From: an uncultured Planctomycetaceae bacterium
Lineage (GTDB): Bacteria > Planctomycetota > Planctomycetia > Planctomycetales > Planctomycetaceae
Direction of reading: 5' to 3'
DNA: 64,000 nt
Assembly: GCA_963815195.1 (NCBI GenBank)
Contig: CAWFGE010000008.1
Location: 352,001 to 416,000 of the forward strand
Part shown: positions 54,778 to 64,000 of the stretch, piece after piece
Numbering within the stretch: the first letter of the stretch is position 1
How the letters are laid out: each line of letters starts with the position of its first letter
The notes under the pieces: generated by a model
What the model saw: only the letters and a program-made list of their open reading frames with translations
Told to the model about the DNA's origin: nothing
The model's database searches: none
Program-made: the position numbers and the translations under genes

Positions 54778-56495
54778 TCATCGGTTTTGCTCCTTTCGAA
54801 GAGCGGATTTCACAAACTTGGAATAACTCACCAGCGGCCGAATGACCGGGTGCTCATCCAGAAACTCGAACTGTGCTTGCACGGGGGCGTTGCGATCGAT
54901 CAACTTGCGAACGGTCTTGAGACGATAGGCCCCATAGGAGTGAGCCGTTTGGCAGGCGAGTTCGATGTCCTCGCGCGAATGCTTGTCGGCCAGTTGCTTC
55001 AGGCCCATCAACACGCGCACGCCTTGAATGCCCCGCGTTTGCAGCATGGCCGCGGCCCAATCCCTGGTTTCCGTGCCGATTTCGCTGACTTTCGCCAGCC
55101 ACCACGCGGCCCCGCGTTCCACGCCGGAGATTTTCCGCGCGTCGAGATGGCTGTTCTGCGTGCTGAAACCTCCCGGCTCTTGGCGGGCGTGCAAAGCGAT
55201 CTGTTCCATCTTGGCATTGAAGATTCGCACCAATCTGCCGTCCCAACGCACCCAGACTTTCCTTCCCATAAATTCCGGCGGCACGGAGTAACACGCCTTG
55301 TCCACGGAGACATGTCCATCACGATGCACGCTCCGCAAGGCTTCATGGAAAAACGGAAATCGTTCCAACGGCAACGGCAACAGTGCCGACCGTTCCCGTT
55401 CGCGAAATGCCTTGCCCACTTGCTCTCTTGTCGTGCCATGAATCCGTGTGTCCGCCACTTGGGATTCCCATTCCCACAGGTGTTCGTTCTGTTCGCGAAG
55501 GCTTCGGAATGTCCGCCCCTTGAGCGCGTTTTCCTGGGCATAATCCACGCCGCGTTCCACCTTGCCTTTGTGTCTCGGCGTGCGAACCCGCGTGGGCAAA
55601 AACACCGTGCCGTAATGCTCGGCGAACGATTGAATCTTGGGATTCAGTTCCGGATCGAACCAATCCGCTTTACTCACGGCGGCACGCAGGTTGTCGATAA
55701 TCAGGGTCTTGGGCACGCCGCCAAAATGCCAGAACGCACTCTCCAAACAGCGAATGAAGCCATCGGTCGTCTGTTTCTCGATCGCTTCCGTGTACCCCTT
55801 GCGACTGTGGCTGAGCACCACCCGCAACAGGTGCGGCCGGCGACGACGACCGCTTTCATTCACGACCGGCGCTCCCTGGCCAAAGTCCACTTGGGCCTCC
55901 GCGCCGGGCTCACATTCCATCCGCCGAAACGGCAACTCCTTCGAAGACTTTAACTGCCGCACGAAGCGCTTCACGCTGTCATAGCCATGCACAAAGTCAT
56001 GGTCATTTGCCAGGTCTTGAAAGATCCGCTGCGCGGAAAGCCCCTGGGCAAGCTTCTCCAAGATCACATCCCGCCAAGGCGCGCACCGACTCCGCGAATG
56101 ATCTTCCTCCTCATTCGAAGACTCTTCTCCAAAAGGCTCCGGGAAATCATCTGTTCCCTCGGACAATTGGGCCTTCGACCAGGTGGGCGGGCACGGTGCG
56201 GAGACAAGTTCCACGTGGGGAAAAGCGTCTGCCGACCCGGTGGGCGGGCACCGCCCGTAGGGTGGTCTGGCCAGTTTTGCCTCCTCCGACCCGGTGGGCA
56301 CTTTGGCCGGTTTTGCCTCCTCCGACCCGGTGGGCGGGCACCGCCCGAAGGGTGGTCTGGCCGGTTTTGAACTGAGATGAGCGGCCACCGTTGAACGGTG
56401 AATGCCCAATTCGCGGGCAATCCTGCGCAAAGACCACCCTTGAGGCGCAAAGCATGAATGGCTTGAACCGTATCCATCGAGAGTTGATTCGACAT
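54778..56495 (-). CDS. istA: IS21 transposase (frameshift at about 56440)
   Basis: MSNQLSM..WSLRRIARELGIHRSTV, PGAEAQVDFG, FGGVPKTLIIDNL, PRHKGKVERGV, YSVP. Confidence 0.9.
56232..56368. repeat. Three tandem 36-bp units in istA, two carrying a 22-bp insert
   Basis: CCGACCCGGTGGGC-[ACTT or 22-bp element]-TGGCCRGTTTTG. Confidence 0.9.
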
Positions 56496-56609
56496 CGCTT
56501 GTTCCCTTCCGAGAAAACTCGAATGAAAACAAAATGCCGAATCCCTTTCCTCTCAAAATGGCCGGTTTTGAACTGCCCACAAGTGGCCGGTTTTCACTGC
56601 CCGGTGACA

Positions 56610-56982
56610 GCCGGTCGAGCAACTTCCGCAGCACCCGCTTCCCAAGGGGGTGGACCTTGAACATCTCCTTGCGGATCTGCCCCAGGTTCCGAAAGTGACT
56701 ACGCGAAATATGCCGGGAGGACGGATACTGCGGGGCCTCGTCACGGGAAAAACCAGAGCCTGGAAGATCCCCAGTTCGCGGGAGCTGCAAACGAGGCTCC
56801 GGCCGCATTTCGAACTGTTCCGAGCGATTTCGTTCCCCCAAGTGGATGAGAACGTTCTCGATTCCGAAAGGGGAACCGCTCGATGAAATACCGCCGGGCC
56901 AAACTGCACACGGTTCTGCAGATCTCCGGACTCGCGGTCGTCGCGTTGGGTGTTTGGGGAACGTACCTCTGGCACGCGACTC
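56610..56982 (+). pseudogene. Two gene fragments (C-terminus of a hypothetical, N-terminus of a membrane protein)
   Basis: An ORF tail ending at 56886 overlaps MKYRRAKLHTVLQISGLAVVALGVWGTYLW, which then joins terminase sequence. Confidence 0.5.
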
Positions 56983-57936
56983 TTCGCCGAATACCAGAAC
57001 GAGCCGTTGCCGGAAGAAACAATCGGCGACGATCTGCTATCAGCGGATCAGATCGCGGGCAAGGTCAACGGAATACCGAGGCGGGAAATCCCCATCGGTT
57101 GCGATCAGCTGACAATGTTTATCGACGTGCAGCAGAACCTGTTGTTCTATGTGATCGCCGGCTGGGAATCGGATTTTACCGGCTATGTCGTGGACTACGG
57201 CGCTTATCCCGATCAGCAGCGGGCGTATTTTACGTTGCGCGACGCCCGCAGGACCTTATCGCACGCCGCACCCAATACCGGATTGGAAGGCGCGATCTAT
57301 GCGGGCTTGGAAACATTGGCCGGCCAACATCTGGGGCGGGAATGGAAGCGGGACGACGGTGCTGCGATGCGAATTGAACGCTGCCTGGTGGATGCCAACT
57401 GGGGTTCGTCCACCGATCTGGTGTATCAGTTCTGCCGGCAGAGTCCGCATGCGGCCGTGTTGCTGCCGTCCCACGGCCGTTTCGTCGGGGCGTCCAGCGT
57501 ACCCTATTCGGATTACAAGCGCCGGCCGGGTGACCGCGTGGGTTTGAACTGGCGGATTCCAAACGTCCGCGGCAAGCGGGCCGTCCGCCACGTCTTGTTC
57601 GATGCCAACTACTGGAAGAGTTTCATTCAGGCCCGCTTCGCCGTGGCGATGGGGGATCGCGGCTGCTTGTCGCTATTCGGAACCAAGCCCGAACAGCATC
57701 GGTTGTTCGCGGAACATCTGACGGCGGAATACCGGGTGAAGACCGAAGGGCGCGGCCGCACGGTGGATGAATGGAAGATTCGCCCTGAGCAGCCCGACAA
57801 CCACTGGCTGGATTGTCTGGTGGGCTGCGCTGTTGCGGCTTCGATTCAGGGCGTGATGTTGTTTGGAACGGATGCCAAACCGGTGGTGAAACGGACGCGG
57901 GTCAAATTATCCGATCTGAAACGGGAGCGAAGATGA
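56983..57936 (+). pseudogene. Phage terminase large subunit (GpA-like), C-terminal nuclease portion only
   Basis: FAEYQNEP, MFIDVQ, CLVDANWG, FDANYWKS, EHLTAE, DNHWLDC; no N-terminal ATPase domain. Confidence 0.78.
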
Positions 57937-58076
57937 ACGATGCCGGCGAAATGACGAAAGAAGACCGTTTCCGAGAAATCGCCGCAATCCTGGCCCGCGG
58001 CGTCCGCCGCTATCGCCAACGGTTGCGGGACAAAGGCAAAACTTCGAAATCCGCCCAAAAAAGACTTGGCCAATGA
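57933..58076 (+). CDS. Small hypothetical protein
   Basis: ATGA overlap with the terminase; MTKEDRFREIAAILARGVRR. Confidence 0.6.
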   Translation: MNDAGEMTKEDRFREIAAILARGVRRYRQRLRDKGKTSKSAQKRLGQ

Positions 58077-58156
58077 CCTTGAGGTTCTCCGCGAAACGAG
58101 GCTGAGTGTCTCACGTGTTTCGTTTTAACCCACCGAGAACCAGAGAAAGGACCAAC

Positions 58157-58621
58157 ATGCCACTGGACATCCAACGCGAAGTTTCATCGCTGGAAAAGAT
58201 GACCGCCGGCGAATTGCGAGAACGCTACGCCGAAGTCTTCGGCGAAACCACACGATCCCGCCACAAACGATGGCTGATCCGTCGGATCATCTGGCGGATG
58301 CAGGCCAACGCAGAAGGCGATTTGAGCGAACGCGCCCGGCAGCGTGCCGCGGAACTGGCCGTCGACGCCGAGGTCCGCACCACGCCGCCGAAGGATTTTA
58401 CGGCCAGCCGGGTTCCCAAGGCCGGTTCCCACGATCCCCGGCTGCCGGCCCCCGGCACGTCCATCGTCCGCCAATACAAAGGCCGCGAAATCGAAGTCCG
58501 CGTTTTGAAAAGCGGGTTTGAATGGGAGGGCGACCGCTACCAATCATTGTCTGCCGTCGCCAAGGCCGTCACCGGATCGCACTGCAACGGATTCCGCTTC
58601 TTTAACCTGGAGGCGAAATAA
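58157..58621 (+). CDS. DUF2924-domain protein
   Basis: EL..RYAEVFGE, WRMQA..EGDLS, P.PGTSIVRQYKG, FEWEG..Y.SLSAVAKAVTGSHCNGFRFF. Confidence 0.88.
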   Translation: MPLDIQREVSSLEKMTAGELRERYAEVFGETTRSRHKRWLIRRIIWRMQANAEGDLSERARQRAAELAVDAEVRTTPPKDFTASRVPKAGSHDPRLPAPGTSIVRQYKGREIEVRVLKSGFEWEGDRYQSLSAVAKAVTGSHCNGFRFFNLEAK

Positions 58622-60186
58622 TGCCGCGTAAGAAATCCAAACCCAAACAAAAAACGCCGCAGAAAATCCGCTGCGCGATTTATACCCGCAAGTCCCATGA
58701 AGAAGGCTTGGAATTGGAATTCAATTCGCTGGACGCCCAACGCGAAACCGGCGAAGCTTACATCGCCAGTCAGCAGCATGAGGGCTGGGTCTGCTTGCAA
58801 ACCCGATACGATGACGGAGGCTATTCCGGCGGCGACATGGAACGCCCGGCGCTTCAGCGGTTGCTGGAAGACATCCAGGCCGGAAAGGTGGATTGCGTCG
58901 TGATTTACAAACTGGACCGGCTGAGTCGGTCGCTGTTGGATTTCGCCCGCATCATGGAGATCTTCGACCGGCACGAGGTGTCGTTCGTTTCCGTGACGCA
59001 GCAATTTAATACGGCCACGTCGATGGGCCGACTGATGTTGAATATCCTGCTGTCGTTCGCGCAATCCGAACGCGAGATCATCGGCGAACGCATCCGCGAC
59101 AAGATCGCGGCCCAGCGGCGGAAAGGCAAATGGGCGGGCGGGATCCCCGTTCTGGGCTACGATGTGGACCGTTCCGGGCACAGTCCCAAATTGGTGATCA
59201 ACGCGACCGAAGCCGCCCGCGTGCGGGAGATCTTCGATTTGTACCAGAAGCACGGATCGCTGTTGGCGGTCGTCGAAGAATTGGAGCGGCGGGGCTGGAC
59301 CAACAAAGAATGGCTGACCAAGAAGGGCAACCGGCGTGGCGGGCAGCCGTTCGAGAAGGCCAGCCTGCATGCGCTGTTGACGAATCCCATTTATGCCGGC
59401 CGGGTCAAACACAAGTCGGACTTCTTCGAGGGCGAGCACGAAGCCATCATCCCGAAAGAAGTGTTTCGCGAGGTCCAAGCCCGGCTGAAACAGAATAACC
59501 GCACGGGCGGGGCGGAAGTTCGCAATAAGCATGCCGCCCTGCTGAAAGGCCGGCTGGTCTGCAAGGCGTGCCAGCGGGCGATGGTGCACACTTTTACGGC
59601 ACGCGGGACGAGACGCTACCGCTACTACACGTGTTCCCGGGCGATTCAAAGCGGCTACCAAACCTGCCCGTCGCCGTCCCTGCGGGCGCCGGAAATCGAA
59701 GCCGTTGTTGTGGACCAGATCCGCTGTATTGCCACGGACCGCAAACTGAAGGCCGAAGTCTTGCGCCAGGCGGAATTGTACGCGAAAGAAGAACTGGCCC
59801 GCCTACGGTTGGAACGCACGCAACTGGAGCGGGAACTTTCCCGCCATCACCGGGAAATTCGCCAGGCGGTGACGAACCCCGACGGTGTCGCGACCGTGTT
59901 GATTGCCGATCTGCAAAATCGAATTTCAGAGGCGGAACGGCGGATGCCGGAATTGGCGGAAGAAATCGCCGCCGCAGAAAACGACCAATTGACGAAGGAC
60001 GACGTGGACGCCGCGTTCGGCGATTTCGACAGTCTGTGGGACGCCCTGAGTCCCCGCGAACAAAGCCAACTGGTGGGCCTGCTAATTTCCCAGGTGGAAT
60101 TCGACCCCGAAGACAGCAGCATCGAAATGGAATTTCACCCGACGGCGATCAAGAAATTGGCCCAGCAAATGGGGGTGATAGCATGA
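58621..60186 (+). CDS. Large serine recombinase (resolvase + recombinase + zinc ribbon)
   Basis: RCAIYTRKS, FNSLDAQRE, YDDGGYSGG, KLDRLSRS, NPIYAG, GEHEAII, CKAC...YYTC. Confidence 0.95.
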   Translation: MPRKKSKPKQKTPQKIRCAIYTRKSHEEGLELEFNSLDAQRETGEAYIASQQHEGWVCLQTRYDDGGYSGGDMERPALQRLLEDIQAGKVDCVVIYKLDRLSRSLLDFARIMEIFDRHEVSFVSVTQQFNTATSMGRLMLNILLSFAQSEREIIGERIRDKIAAQRRKGKWAGGIPVLGYDVDRSGHSPKLVINATEAARVREIFDLYQKHGSLLAVVEELERRGWTNKEWLTKKGNRRGGQPFEKASLHALLTNPIYAGRVKHKSDFFEGEHEAIIPKEVFREVQARLKQNNRTGGAEVRNKHAALLKGRLVCKACQRAMVHTFTARGTRRYRYYTCSRAIQSGYQTCPSPSLRAPEIEAVVVDQIRCIATDRKLKAEVLRQAELYAKEELARLRLERTQLERELSRHHREIRQAVTNPDGVATVLIADLQNRISEAERRMPELAEEIAAAENDQLTKDDVDAAFGDFDSLWDALSPREQSQLVGLLISQVEFDPEDSSIEMEFHPTAIKKLAQQMGVIA

Positions 60187-60596
60187 TCCGCGTCAAACAA
60201 AAACTGCATTTCGGCAAGGTCCAGCGTGGTCAACAGAAGATTCGCAAGGAAAAGCCCGTTTCCGTGGCGGAAGGGCGGGTTCCGCGAATATCGCGGCTGA
60301 TGGCGTTGGCGATCCGGTACGATGGGTTTTTGCGGGATGGAACTGTTCGGGACCAAACCGAACTGGCAAAATTGGCCCACGTCACCCAGCCCCGCATGAC
60401 GCAGATTTTGAATCTGTTGTATTTGGCGCCGGACATTCAGGAAGAACTTTTGTTTTTGCCGCGGGTGATGGAAGGCAGGGATCCCGTGCATGAAAGGATG
60501 CTTAGGCCGATTGCGGCGGAGGTGGATTGGGGGAAGCAGAGGTCGATGTGGGAGGAGATTATTGTGGATTTGAAAACGATATCGATTGAGGGCTAA
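60183..60596 (+). CDS. Recombinase-associated hypothetical HTH-like protein
   Basis: GRVPRISRLMALAI, ELAKLAHVTQPRMTQILNLLYLAPDIQE; overlaps the recombinase stop. Confidence 0.8.
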   Translation: MIRVKQKLHFGKVQRGQQKIRKEKPVSVAEGRVPRISRLMALAIRYDGFLRDGTVRDQTELAKLAHVTQPRMTQILNLLYLAPDIQEELLFLPRVMEGRDPVHERMLRPIAAEVDWGKQRSMWEEIIVDLKTISIEG

Positions 60597-60608
60597 TTCC
60601 TTCGGTGT

Positions 60609-60700
60609 GGCGAAAGACCCGCAAAAGCGTTTTCATACATCCGACGAATTGGCGCGAGAATTAAAACGCTATCTCAACGGCGAACCGATCCACAGTCGAA
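60609..60700 (+). pseudogene. Short Ser/Thr kinase remnant
   Basis: AKDPQKRFHTSDELARELKRYLNGEPIHSR resembles the kinase C-lobe ends in this window (KEPEKRY..AEELAEDLRRFLANEPILAR). Confidence 0.65.
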
Positions 60701-60884
60701 CGAACGAAGAGAACATCTGTTACGCGACGTTCCTTACTCCGTTGTTCGCCGAGGCGGTTGAAGTTGGCCGCGAGGATCGATGTCGCCAACTTCACAATAT
60801 CTTTGTTCATCTCCTGATTTCTCTCCCCCCCTTAACAACGCGGCGGCTGTCTCGAAGATGTCGACCCGCTCTTGACAGCGACGG

Positions 60885-61119
60885 ATAGTCCACCACGAAC
60901 AGCGAGATCTCCAGCAGGTTCGGCGCGTGTGGGCACTCGATCCGATAACGCTGGAGCGCGCCGAGGTAATCCGCGTAGCCGAGTTCCTCGCGCAGCGCCT
61001 CGAAGATCCACTCCAAGCGATTGGACGAGATGCTGCTTCGAGTCGGTGACGATCTGATCGTTGTCGAGCAGCGTGTTATCGATGTCGAGCAGAAACACCA
61101 CTCGGGCAGGTGCGGTCAT
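60885..61119 (-). pseudogene. HAD-family hydrolase fragment
   Basis: VVFLLDIDNTLLDND then, out of frame, IFEALREELGYADYLGALQRYR; truncated after DYP. Confidence 0.78.
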
Positions 61120-62507
61120 GCGGAACCTTCCTCGGGCTCGGGGTTGATCCAGCATCCGTCGCCTGCGATGAGTGCGTCGGCCTCTTTCGGTCCCCAACTG
61201 CCGCGCTCGTAGGAGTGAACGCAGTGGTGATTCCCAAGGACTGGCTCGACAACGGCCCAGGCAGACTCCACCGCGTCCTCGCGTGTGAAGAGCGCTCCGT
61301 CGCCCGCCATCGCGTCGCCCAATAGTCGCTCGTATGGCGATTCCTCTCCAGGCTCTTCCTCGACCAGGTATAGCTCCCGCTGGTCGCCGACGAATTCCTT
61401 TCCTTTGCGCTTCACGCGAGCAGCGAGGGCGACGGCGGAATTAGGGGAAAGTCGGAATCGAAGATAATTCGATCGGCCCGTAGCCGAGTCGGCGAACAAA
61501 TCTTGCGGCGGCGGCTTCAACTCGATTAGGACTTCGTGCCCCGTTTCGGCGAGGCATTTGCCAGACCGCAGATACCACGGCACTCCGTTCCAGCGCCACG
61601 AGTCGATGAACAACCGAAGGGCGCAGAATGTCTCCACATCCGAGTTCTTCGCGACGTTGCGTTCCTGCAGGTAGCCAGCGTACTGGCCGCGCACCAGATT
61701 GTCGGGCTTCAGAGGCCGCATGGCCTGGAACACTTTGGCCTTCTCGTTATGAACGGCTCCAAAGTCCCTGACGGCCGGCGGCTCCATGGCCAGCAGCGCG
61801 ACAACCTGGAACAGGTGGTTTTGGATCACGTCCCGCAGGCAGCCAGCCGTTTCGTAAAATGCCCCTCGTTTCTCCACACCAAAATCTTCGGATAGGGTGA
61901 TCTGCACGCTGGCCACGTAGTTGCGATTCCAGATCGGCTCCAGAAACGAATTGGCGAAACGGAAATAGAGAATATTCATAATCGCCTCCTTTCCGAGAAA
62001 GTGGTCGATGCGAAAGATCGAGTCCTCCGGAAATACCGACCGCGCGATACGGTTTAGTTCCCGCGCGGAGGCCAGGTCCCGGCCGAAAGGCTTTTCGACG
62101 ATGACCCGCGCATGGTCAGCCAGTCCCGCGGCACCCAACCCCGAGATGACCGTCGGGAACAGCGAGGGCGGGATGGCGAGATAGTGCGCCGGGCGCTGTG
62201 AGCCGTCCAGCGCCTTTTTTAACTTCGTGAACGTGTTCCGGTCGTTGTAGTCTCCGCTCACGTAACTGAGCTGGGACAGAAGTTGGTCGCAGGCGCTTCG
62301 CTCATCAATGCCGCCCGATTGTGTGATGCTGTCCTCCACGCGGTTGCGTAAATCCGCCAAGCTCCATTGTGGGGAGGCGACACCGACGACCGGGACCTTC
62401 AGGGCACCTCGTTTCGCCAGCGCGTAGAGAGCTGGGAAGATCATCTTGTGGGCGAGATCACCCGTCACGCCGAAGAGCACGAGTGCGTCCGAATCGGACA
62501 TGGTCAT
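61116..62507 (-). CDS. zwf: Glucose-6-phosphate dehydrogenase
   Basis: [28 protein letters not shown]. Confidence 0.96.
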   Translation of the reverse strand: MTMSDSDALVLFGVTGDLAHKMIFPALYALAKRGALKVPVVGVASPQWSLADLRNRVEDSITQSGGIDERSACDQLLSQLSYVSGDYNDRNTFTKLKKALDGSQRPAHYLAIPPSLFPTVISGLGAAGLADHARVIVEKPFGRDLASARELNRIARSVFPEDSIFRIDHFLGKEAIMNILYFRFANSFLEPIWNRNYVASVQITLSEDFGVEKRGAFYETAGCLRDVIQNHLFQVVALLAMEPPAVRDFGAVHNEKAKVFQAMRPLKPDNLVRGQYAGYLQERNVAKNSDVETFCALRLFIDSWRWNGVPWYLRSGKCLAETGHEVLIELKPPPQDLFADSATGRSNYLRFRLSPNSAVALAARVKRKGKEFVGDQRELYLVEEEPGEESPYERLLGDAMAGDGALFTREDAVESAWAVVEPVLGNHHCVHSYERGSWGPKEADALIAGDGCWINPEPEEGSA

Positions 62508-63523
62508 GGGGTGGCTCCCTTCTCTTTGTGGCCGCCAAATTCATAACGCAGAGCAGCCAACAGCTTGTCGGCAAAGTCGTCCTCGCCGCGCGAGCTAAAC
62601 CGTTCGAATAGGGCGGCGCTGAGCACGGGGGCCGGAACCGACTCGTCGATAGCGGCCGTGAGCGTCCAACGACCCTCGCCTGAATCCGAGACCCGGCCGG
62701 CAAACTTCGCCAGGTCCGGACTATCGAGGAGTGCCGCGGCGGCCAGATCCAGAAGCCACGACGCAATCACGCTACCGCGGCGCCAGACTTCGGCAATGTC
62801 GGCCAGATTCAGATCGTACCTGTAGTGCTCGGGGTGCCGCAGAGGCGTCGTTTCGGCATCGACGTTACGTCCTTTATCGCCGACGTTCGCGTGGCGAAGG
62901 ATATTCAACCCCTCCGCGTAGGCAGCCATCAGGCCGTACTCAATGCCGTTGTGGATCATCTTCACGAAGTGGCCAGCGCCACTCGGACCACAGTGCAAGT
63001 ACCCGTGCTCGGCGGTGCCACTGATCTTCTCGCGGCCGGGCGTGCGTGGCACCGCGTCGATACTGGGAGCCAGGGCGACGAAAACGGGATCGAGGCGGCG
63101 TACGATGGCTTGTTCGCCCCCAATCATCAAGCAATAACCACGTTCCGCCCCCCAGACGCCTCCGCTCGTCCCGACGTCGACATAGTGAATCCCGGCCGGT
63201 TTCAATTCGGCCTCGCGGCGGATATCGTCGTGGTAGTGTGAATTGCCGCCGTCGATGACCACGTCGTCGCGTTCGAGGAGTGGGACGAGGGTCTTCAGAA
63301 TCTGATCGACCACGCCCGCCGGTGCCATCATCCAGACGGCGCGGGGTTTTCTCAGTCGATGCGCGAAGTCTTCGAGCGACTTCGCTCCGACCGCTCCCTC
63401 TTTCACAAGTGCCTGGACGGCTTCCGGCTGGTGGTCGTAAACCACGCATTGATGTCCGCCCTTCATCAGTCGGCGGGCCATGTTCGCGCCCATCCGCCCC
63501 AGACCAATCATGCCTAGTTCCAT
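62504..63523 (-). CDS. gnd: 6-phosphogluconate dehydrogenase, short decarboxylating type
   Basis: [48 protein letters not shown]. Confidence 0.95.
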   Translation of the reverse strand: MELGMIGLGRMGANMARRLMKGGHQCVVYDHQPEAVQALVKEGAVGAKSLEDFAHRLRKPRAVWMMAPAGVVDQILKTLVPLLERDDVVIDGGNSHYHDDIRREAELKPAGIHYVDVGTSGGVWGAERGYCLMIGGEQAIVRRLDPVFVALAPSIDAVPRTPGREKISGTAEHGYLHCGPSGAGHFVKMIHNGIEYGLMAAYAEGLNILRHANVGDKGRNVDAETTPLRHPEHYRYDLNLADIAEVWRRGSVIASWLLDLAAAALLDSPDLAKFAGRVSDSGEGRWTLTAAIDESVPAPVLSAALFERFSSRGEDDFADKLLAALRYEFGGHKEKGATP

Positions 63524-63617
63524 GAGAATTGTCCTTTCACGCGCAGGTTCACCAACCATGCTGCCTTCTAGTTCGAGTCAGGCAGGGGTTTTCGGGTTCC
63601 CAGTTCCAATTCGACGC

Positions 63618-64000
63618 TCAGCCCTCCTTCGCCGCGTGATACTCGCGGCGAATGTGCTCCAAATTCACCTTCGGTTCGGGGCGCTTCATGTTCAATCCTT
63701 CCAGGTGTTCCACGACGATCCGGGCCACGGCCAGGTTCCGGAACCACTTGTGGTCGGCCGGGATCACAAACCAGGGCGCGTGATCCGTGCTGCACCGAGA
63801 CAAGGCGTCCTCATAAGCCGCCACGTAATCGTCCCAGAAGGTGCGCTCTTTGTAGTCGGCCTCGCTGATCTTCCATTGCTTGGCCGGGTCGTCGAGCCGC
63901 TCCTTGAAGCGAGTCAATTGTTCTTCTTTGGAAATGTGCAGGTAGAACTTGAGAATGTGGGTGTCGTGTTCGACCAGGCCTTTCTCGAAGTCGTTGATGC
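63618..64000 (-). CDS. ppk2: Polyphosphate kinase 2 family, C-terminal part
   Basis: [22 protein letters not shown]...[22 protein letters not shown]. Confidence 0.92.
   Translation of the reverse strand, partial: INDFEKGLVEHDTHILKFYLHISKEEQLTRFKERLDDPAKQWKISEADYKERTFWDDYVAAYEDALSRCSTDHAPWFVIPADHKWFRNLAVARIVVEHLEGLNMKRPEPKVNLEHIRREYHAAKEG

Larger units (their letters stand above)
54762..56609 (-). mobile_element. IS21-family element 2 (istB almost entirely deleted)
   Basis: Left end TGTCACCGGGCAGTGAAAACCGGCCACTTGTGGGCAGTTCAAAACCGGCCA. Only a few codons follow the ATGA overlap at the istA stop. Confidence 0.85.

Noticed and set aside
4612..56440. Many single-base frameshifts (kinase-TPR, giant gene, prenyltransferase, transposases, oxidoreductase) read as pseudogenes or programmed frameshifts
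   Set aside because: They are scattered, lack slippery-site signatures and fall in otherwise intact genes. Sequencing indels are the simplest explanation; read polishing is needed.
63309..63328. GACCACGCCCGCCGGTGCCA resembling the 22-bp element
   Set aside because: Encodes ordinary Gnd sequence (MAPAGVVD) with no apparent extra length; a chance match.

Overview
GC-rich Planctomycetota-type DNA (LExRxLL leader, planctomycete ECF sigma/Ser-Thr kinase pairs, REP-like palindromes). Many genes carry single-base frameshifts, most likely long-read assembly errors. From left to right: (1) an IS4 element that cuts a minus-strand tRNA cluster (Glu-TTC, two atypical Arg tRNAs, a truncated Pro), preceded by an attenuator-like leader; (2) glycosyltransferases and a kinase-TPR gene beside a ~14 kb giant secreted protein gene (FG-GAP, beta-helix, PA14, LamG, PKD, RTX repeats, zinc-protease motif); (3) two convergent ECF sigma + kinase-WD40 pairs; (4) mddA, an alkaline-phosphatase-family protein, an ABC permease, nadD, a prenyltransferase-repeat protein and hisF; (5) a heavily rearranged mobile zone at 43.7-61 kb with nested insertions (zinc-ribbon serine recombinase < IS21 < serine recombinase element < IS1380), an amidohydrolase pair, a second IS21 and a terminase-DUF2924-large serine recombinase module; (6) ppk2-gnd-zwf. 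The most novel-looking signals are a 22-bp hairpin micro-element that replaces 4 bp (net +18, frame-preserving), seen in both a tRNA and a transposase gene, and a possible ribosome-coupled attenuator controlling the atypical tRNA cluster.
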